DNA from: Catajapyx aquilonaris
Lineage: Eukaryota
Assembly: GCA_000934665.2 (NCBI GenBank)
Contig: JYFJ02003290.1
Span: 1-43,832 of the forward strand
Direction: 5' to 3'
DNA length: 43,832 nucleotides
The notes beneath the pieces are model-generated. The model saw only the letters and a program-made list of their open reading frames with translations. It had not been told where the DNA came from and searched no databases. Positions within the stretch are counted from its first letter, which is position 1; each line of letters starts with the position of its first letter. Shown here piece after piece: positions 37,221-43,832 of this stretch. A program made the position numbers and the translations under genes.

Positions 37221-38289
37221 GGTAATTTATATATTATTAATGCGGTAAATTTCACACATGTATATTTTTTTTCAAAAAAATCGATGACTATGACCTGACA
37301 CCTTTTTTCACTCACTGGCTGATCTGAAATGGAACCACCCCTGTTCATTGTTGCATTTATTAATAACTTTCGCTATTTGAACTCTTGGAGAGTTTCACTG
37401 ATGAGAGGGAGTCAAGTGAAGCAGATTAAGGTAAAATAGAGATTACAGTTAGATTAATAGTGTGATCCGTGATTTATTACAGAAAGGTTGTAGAAATAAC
37501 GACCGATATGCAACCTTCATATAACTTACATAATATCATGCTGCAGACTGTGTATGCGTCACTACTGCTACATCTGCAATTCTTTATGATACAGTTCAAT
37601 AGTAGAAATCATGCCACATTGTCGAAACAATGCAATAATTCAGTGCAAAAGCAGGTGTCGTTGTGCAGACGTACTCTATAAATATGCTTAGCTAAAAGAT
37701 GAAAAAGAGGCCAGTAGATTGATTCAGAGAATTGCATAACTTGTTACAGTTGAGTCCGGTTGTAACAGACTCGAAAGGCCTGCCACAGCATTCCATAAGG
37801 CGCTGTGTATTACTCCTGACATATACAGTAACGGACTCATTTTCATCTCACGTCGGCTTAGACGATTTCTTGGCCCCTCGGTAGAAAAATAGGCTGCTTT
37901 TGATTACTCAGCTTCCTTTCTCACGGGCAGGAAGGCAGAGAATACTGGAGAGGGGGTGATTTTAGCATCTGTCACTGATTTAAGCTTCCTACTCGCAAGC
38001 TTTGCACCGCAAGGTTGAGGCACACATATCCTCTGTTCAGAAAATTACGAATTTTTCGTCCTGTCTCATTTTTGTGTGAGCAAATTTTGAATTTTTGTGG
38101 ATAGTTTCATTAATTAGTAGTATGCATTATAGGCACATTGAAAGCAGAAAACTTTGAACACTATTATGAGAAAATGCCACTTTTGTAGATTCGATTAACA
38201 CTCTGTACGGCAGCAACAATGGTTCCGGTGACACGGAAATTGCAAAAAACAAAACAAAACAAAAAAAACAAAAAAAAGAACGAACGAAC

Positions 38290-38350
38290 GAACGAATAGG
38301 GCTCGCTACCCCCCTCGACCCTTCTCGCGAGCCCCGGTTGGAAACCACTG
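38290..38350. mobile_element. hAT-like right terminus, no matching left end seen
   Basis: Ends ...CCGGTTGGAAACCACTG, the same terminus as the MITE at 27341-27721. Confidence 0.5.
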
Positions 38351-38419
38351 CTGGTTTAGACCCTTGAAAAGCCCGGGTTTGCTGCTGCAGCTCGAATTTT
38401 TCTTTCGTTCGTTTCTTTG

Positions 38420-38650
38420 TTAAGTGGCAGACGCAGTTGTCGGTACCCCATTGTCTCCTCCTACCCTACCTTGCAGCTGAAGCGTACATGTGTCTGGACA
38501 CTGGAGCGGCGGGGAGTGGGTGGGCGACATGGAAAGGGCGCCAGCCAAGGCGATCATTCTCGGAGCCACGACCCTCACCCGCTCATGCCTTGTGGCGAAG
38601 TGGGCATCAGCTTCCTATTTTGCCTGCTTGGTGGTTATTATAAGAGTAAA
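38420..38650 (+). mobile_element. Possible 3' remnant of an R4/Dong-type non-LTR retrotransposon
   Basis: GC-rich patch; translations PIVS and MER..KAIILGATTLTR loosely recall the PIV...MQKAVLLGT..ILR C-terminus of restriction-like-endonuclease elements. Confidence 0.25.
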
Positions 38651-40114
38651 ACATCGTGAAACCCTCCAATTTATTGTATCAGCTGATACAATAAATTGGA
38701 GGGATTATGCATACATGGGATAGTGTGACTGTGTTGGTTACAGTCTTACACCATCAGCAAATATATATGTAGGATATACATATTTGCTGATTTGCACGAT
38801 GTGGCCGAGACACATGGATGGTATTTTTATGGTGGTGGTGGGGGGGGGGGGGGGANNGGAGACTTCGACCTTTCCATAGCTAGGGGCTAGTTTTATATAC
38901 TGACTGATGGTGACTAATGGGAGTTGGTCGCTTTCGGTAGCCCACTTGACACTGACACCTGACACAGCGTCGCTGGCCGGTCACATGCTTGGTCAAGTCT
39001 GATTGCTGGCGTACTTTTGTATAGAAAGAGGTACCGCCAGTCAAAGAAAACTTCCCTCTGTTGGTACCCCTTAAAAGAAATATTAATATCTCGATAACTA
39101 AATTTAATCTCGTAAAACTGATTGCTCCATTAGAGTTCAATTGGATGTGGGTTTCACATATATTTTTCTCAAAAAAAATCGACGACTATGACCTGACACT
39201 TTTTTTCACTCACTGGCTGATCTGAAATGGAACCACCCCTATATTCATTGTTGCATTTATTAATCTTTCACTATTTGAACTCTTGGAGAGTTTCACTGAT
39301 GAGAGGGAGTCAAGTGAAGCAGATTAAGTAAAAATAGAGATTACAGTTAGATTAATAGTGTGATCCGTGATTTATTTCAGAAAGGTTGTAGAAATAACGA
39401 CCGACCTGCAACCTTCATATAACTTACATAATATTATGCTACAGACTGTGTATACGTCACTACTGCTACATCTTCAATTCTTTATGATATAGTGTAACAG
39501 TACGTAGAAACTGATGAATTATTGCATTGTTTCGGCAATATGGCATGATTTAATCATGCCATATTGTCGAAACAATGCAATAATTCATCAGTGCAAAGCA
39601 GCTGTCGTTGTACAGACGTACAGTATACTCTATAAATATGCTTAGCTAAAAGATGAAAAAGAGGCCACTTGTTTCAATGTCAGGTAGACAGCGTGATCCG
39701 AATGTGCAGTTCAGTTAGCTTATGAGAACTGCAACAAAGTGATGGTATATGGCAAAGTGTAAGTACTGCATTTAATTTAATAAATAATCAGGTCATCAGT
39801 AATAAACTAATAATACATATGATAGTGTTTCAACTGTTTCTCATGTTTTAAACATAGTTTCACGGGGTACTTATTAATCATGCTTATTTCATGCCTCTTT
39901 CTTTAATCATTACCAATTTAATCATGCTCTATGTATAGGTAAAATCAAGAAATTAAGAGACTTGCCACCCTCGATAAGGGCACTTGTGTGTTTCCAAGCT
40001 CGCAAGAAATGGCGGAATTATTTGGAACAAATATGCATGAGATTGCTTTCAATAATTATAACGAATATTGAATCGTAATTTTAGGTATCATCCAGTGATT
40101 ACTATACGTACACA

Positions 40115-42676
40115 ATGGCAACGATGTTTGTACTGAGTGGAATCTTTTGGCTGAGCCTCACTGTTGATGCTGTGAATCTGCCACATGCACCGCTGTTAAA
40201 TAAACCGGCCCTTACGCCATTGGTACCTCCAATAGAAACATGGATAAATGCAGACAACCTTAATGATATAACAAATGATCCATTATGGAAGGAGGCATTT
40301 AAAGGATTCAAGTTACTCTTCCAGGCGCTAGAGGTACACTTCGTTGACATGTCTTTTCCTTTTGGAAACATGAATTCAATCTACGAAATTAATATTTCAG
40401 GGACAAGTTATAGGTGAAGGAGAAAAGTCGCTGATATGTAATGCTTGCTTGGCGGGAGTGACTGCCATTTCAGCTTGGATAAAAAGCGGTGGAAGCGAAC
40501 GTCAGTTAACTTTGGCAATGACAAACATCTGTATCCTTTTGCAAATCTACAGTGAGGAAGCTTGCTACGGAATCATGGCTCGGTACATGGTAATGCACAT
40601 CATGAGTTCTATTTTGCTGCACAATATAATTATTATCTTCCGCAATATTGCTGTACAAGTTTATACCTTCTTCACAGCCGGAAATCTACTAAATAGGAAC
40701 TCATAAGACACTTGAACCAAACCCTGCGTGTGCATTGATTCTTCAGCCGTTCGGCTGTGGGTATCTGTATCCGCCTGAAGAAGAATGGGACATTGGTCAG
40801 GTGTGTGAAAGAGAACCAGCAGACTCTGATGAACAGCAATACTACGGTACGTCCAAGCCTGTCAAAGTGCTACAGTTTGCCGATCTACACGTGGAGCCGG
40901 AATACATGCCTGGGGCTTCCACGACTTGCAAGTATCCAATATGCTGCCGCCAGGACACGGGCATGGCTACGAATCCTGAGCAGTCAGCAGGAGTCTGTGG
41001 CTCGTATCCTATGTGCGACGTGCCTTACGGGTCTATTACCAATGCTTTTATCCACGCCAGAGAGCATCACGCAGTAAGTAATGTAACAGTTAATTTTAGT
41101 GTCCGATTTTGGCACTCGACAAGCAATTCTGCTGAAACTATATTATTGCACTAGGTACTGTCCTGCTAAACAGTTTGTATTTGTTAGAATAGAAGGTTTG
41201 ACTGGCTTGTTTCGATGAAGGCAATTCCATATAAGATTGTGAGGAAAGGCTATTACTTTTCTTGAGAAGAATGACAAGAACAGTACAGTTAATGTTTTAT
41301 TAGAAGATCCCTTTTTTCTTTCACTAATTGTTAAAATGGTTCATTATTTTATCAGGATGCGGAAATGATTGTTATGACTGGCGACCTGCCTTCTCATGTT
41401 TTATGGGACACTTCTCGCGAGGATTCTGAAAAGATCTCATACAACATATCAGACATTTTGATCGAGCACTTTCCCAACATGACAATAATTCCTGTTCTTG
41501 GAAACCACGAGGCTCATCCTGCAAACAGGTGACATGCTTCCACATTTTATGGGCAATCTAACCTACCATATAATGCATACTTTTCCTTAGCTACTGACAA
41601 ATTTGTTTTCTCGTCCTATGTGTAATTTCTTCCAGTTACCCATTTACCTGGATACCAGACCCTCGCTTCAACCCATCATGGATATACGAGACTGCTGCCA
41701 ACGCGTGGTCAGCATGGCTGCCAAAAGAAGCACTGGACAGTGTCCGAAAGGCCGGCTTCTACTCGTTTAAACCTTTCGCATCACGTCAGCTGAGGGTCTT
41801 GGGGTTGAACACCAACATGTGCTACACGTACAACTTTTGGCTTCTTTATGACTGGGTAGATCCTGAGGGACACCTGAGATGGATTGCGGATGAGCTGCGG
41901 AAGGCGAAGATGGCAGGAGAGAAGGTGATGCTGGTGGGCCATGTTCCTCCGGGCAACGAAGACTGCTGGGGAATGTGGAGTCGTCATTTTGAAAAGATTA
42001 CTAGCTGCTTCAGTAACATCATCGGTACTCAGTTGTACAGTCACAGCCATAATGATGAGTTTAAAATTTGCTACCGCGATGGGAGGCCTCGTACAATCCA
42101 GCATTTAGGAGCTAGTCTCACGACGTATATGAACCTGAATCCTTCATACAAGGTTCTCTACATGGACCCTGAAACATGGGTAAGATCATGACACATTTGA
42201 TGTAATTTTGCGACATATTCCAGGTATTGTCTTTCAGAGATTGGTTGATTATGAGACTTGGACGTACAATCTGACTGAGGCCAATCTGAACAGCGGTGTG
42301 CCCAGGTGGTATCGCCTCTACAGTGCCAAGCAATCCTTCGGGTTGGCTTCTCTCTCGCCGCAGAACTTCCATCTCTTTGTTCAAAACATGATTTCCAATG
42401 ACACCCTTTTTAAAGAATATCAAAGGTGATTTACATGTTCGGAGTTTTATATTTACACCATAAATACTGCATATATTTTCATCAAGTCAATTTTTCGTTT
42501 CTCACAGGGTGTATTGGCGCGATTCTGAGCTAGGACTGGCACAAGATTGCGACCCTAACAACCCTGAGTGTAGAAGTACACAACTTTGCCGCCTTGTGAC
42601 TTGCAACTGGAGGAATCAAGAACAATGCCAAAAAATTCACCTTGAAACAACTTTTCCTTTCCTTCCATTCTTGTAG
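40115..42676 (+). CDS. Acid sphingomyelinase-like copy 3; exons 40115-40333, 40401-40589, 40678-41073, 41356-41528, 41636-42179, 42238-42425, 42508-42676
   Basis: Saposin CNAC, FADLH, TGDLPSH, LGNHE, GHVPPG, SHSHNDEF; open frame to TAG at 42674-42676. Confidence 0.9.
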
Positions 42677-43069
42677 CCATGAAATTTCCATTTGCACATA
42701 AAATGGCATGATAAAATTAGGTTTTATTCGGTTTTATTTGTGTAATCTCTGTACAAGGGTAAATCACTCGTGAAGTCCGTTGTACTGTACGGTATAATGC
42801 ACCAAGTCCCTGGCCCAAGTCCCTGTATCACATTATGAATAGAGAAATAAAGAAAAAATTTCAGGATAAGATTTTCTCTTTTTATTTCGGAAATTAGCGA
42901 GTTGTTTCGGTTCTTTCCGAGATCAACGAAAAATTTGAGTTTGGCAGTTTTTTTAAAACCTACATGTGCACTCTTGATGTTTACGTAAAGGAACTTCTCC
43001 AGTTTTTACTAGTTTTGTGTAACCAATGGAAAAGTCGGCGCTGTTTTCATTCACACCATATAATGGAAA

Positions 43070-43760
43070 TAGCTCGGTATGTTACAGGTCAAATTGTGAA
43101 GGTGGGATTAAAGGTCAAGAAGACGCAATCCAACCAGGAGTGAGGAAATACTCTAGGAATGCCAAACTTGCCACCGACAAGCAAATATAGAATATGAGGA
43201 GGAATTTCAAAACTATGGAAGGGGACTGACCATGTGACGTCCAAGGATGGAACAACAGGCCCATTAAAGAAGACAATCAACCTCCGAAAGACAGAAGAAG
43301 ATGATACAAGACTATCAAGGACCATTGTGCAGCGAGGGGCGGATTAACAATGGAATCTAAACTACCGCTAAACTTTGGAAATTATGGAATTTTTTGACAC
43401 AATGACCAAGGCTGACCGCTGATAACTGGCCAGCCGGGATGGATATAAAAGGGGAAGCCGACAAAGCCCCAAAAAGGAGAAGGAGAGGAGAACTATATTT
43501 TGGACAGCAAAAGTAGTCAGACGCAGAGTGGGAGTGACTGGACGTACAACTAGGCCACCTGCATACCAGAAGTAGCCAAGCAATCAACCAGCCATTCAGC
43601 CAGGACGTCTGGAAGAAGTCACGAAGCCAGAGTGACCATCTCCTGAAGTTCAGCCTGATTTTGAGGGAAGGAACGACCTCAGATACGGAAGGAACAGCGA
43701 CAACATGGCCGTGAGTTACTGACGGATGGGCAGAGTTATAGTACCTACAAGACCTAGTAT
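43070..43760 (+). mobile_element. Possible decayed LTR retrotransposon 3' end (polypurine tract plus LTR start)
   Basis: Purine-rich plus strand, PPT-like AGCGAGGGGCGGA at ~43331-43343, then a TATA-like GGATATAAAAGGGG at 43441. No intact ORF. Confidence 0.35.
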
Positions 43761-43832
43761 GCCAACCGGCCTATGCCTCCAATGGAAAGCTCGCCCCCCA
43801 AAAAAGTTGAAAATCCGCCAGGTGGCACTGCG

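Larger units (their letters stand above)
37250..39667 (+). repeat. Direct duplication of sphingomyelinase upstream sequence (~37250-37713 and ~39152-39667), plus an inverted partial copy at ~36741-36907
   Basis: Colinear near-identity by inspection. Confidence 0.85.

Overview
Eukaryotic, most likely arthropod, genomic DNA: intron-rich genes, a divergent ionotropic receptor, and mariner, SINE and hAT debris. (1) 299-5414 is one locus that appears to encode two unrelated proteins from a shared first coding exon: RNA polymerase II subunit Rpb4 (4 exons, 142 aa) and Ada2a, whose large terminal exon lies inside Rpb4 intron 1. (2) An intronless ionotropic receptor on the minus strand is frameshifted by a 5-bp insertion that reads as a Tc1/mariner excision footprint (TACTGTA). 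(3) Two tandem 10-exon secreted carboxylesterases (+); the first has an in-frame deletion at the oxyanion loop. (4) A head-to-head carboxylesterase(-)/acid sphingomyelinase(+) cassette is repeated three times; all three sphingomyelinases have open frames and only the middle esterase is intact, with a ~1.3-kb near-perfect palindrome in its last intron. Gene models were built by hand from splice signals, reading frame and paralog comparison; no database searches were run.
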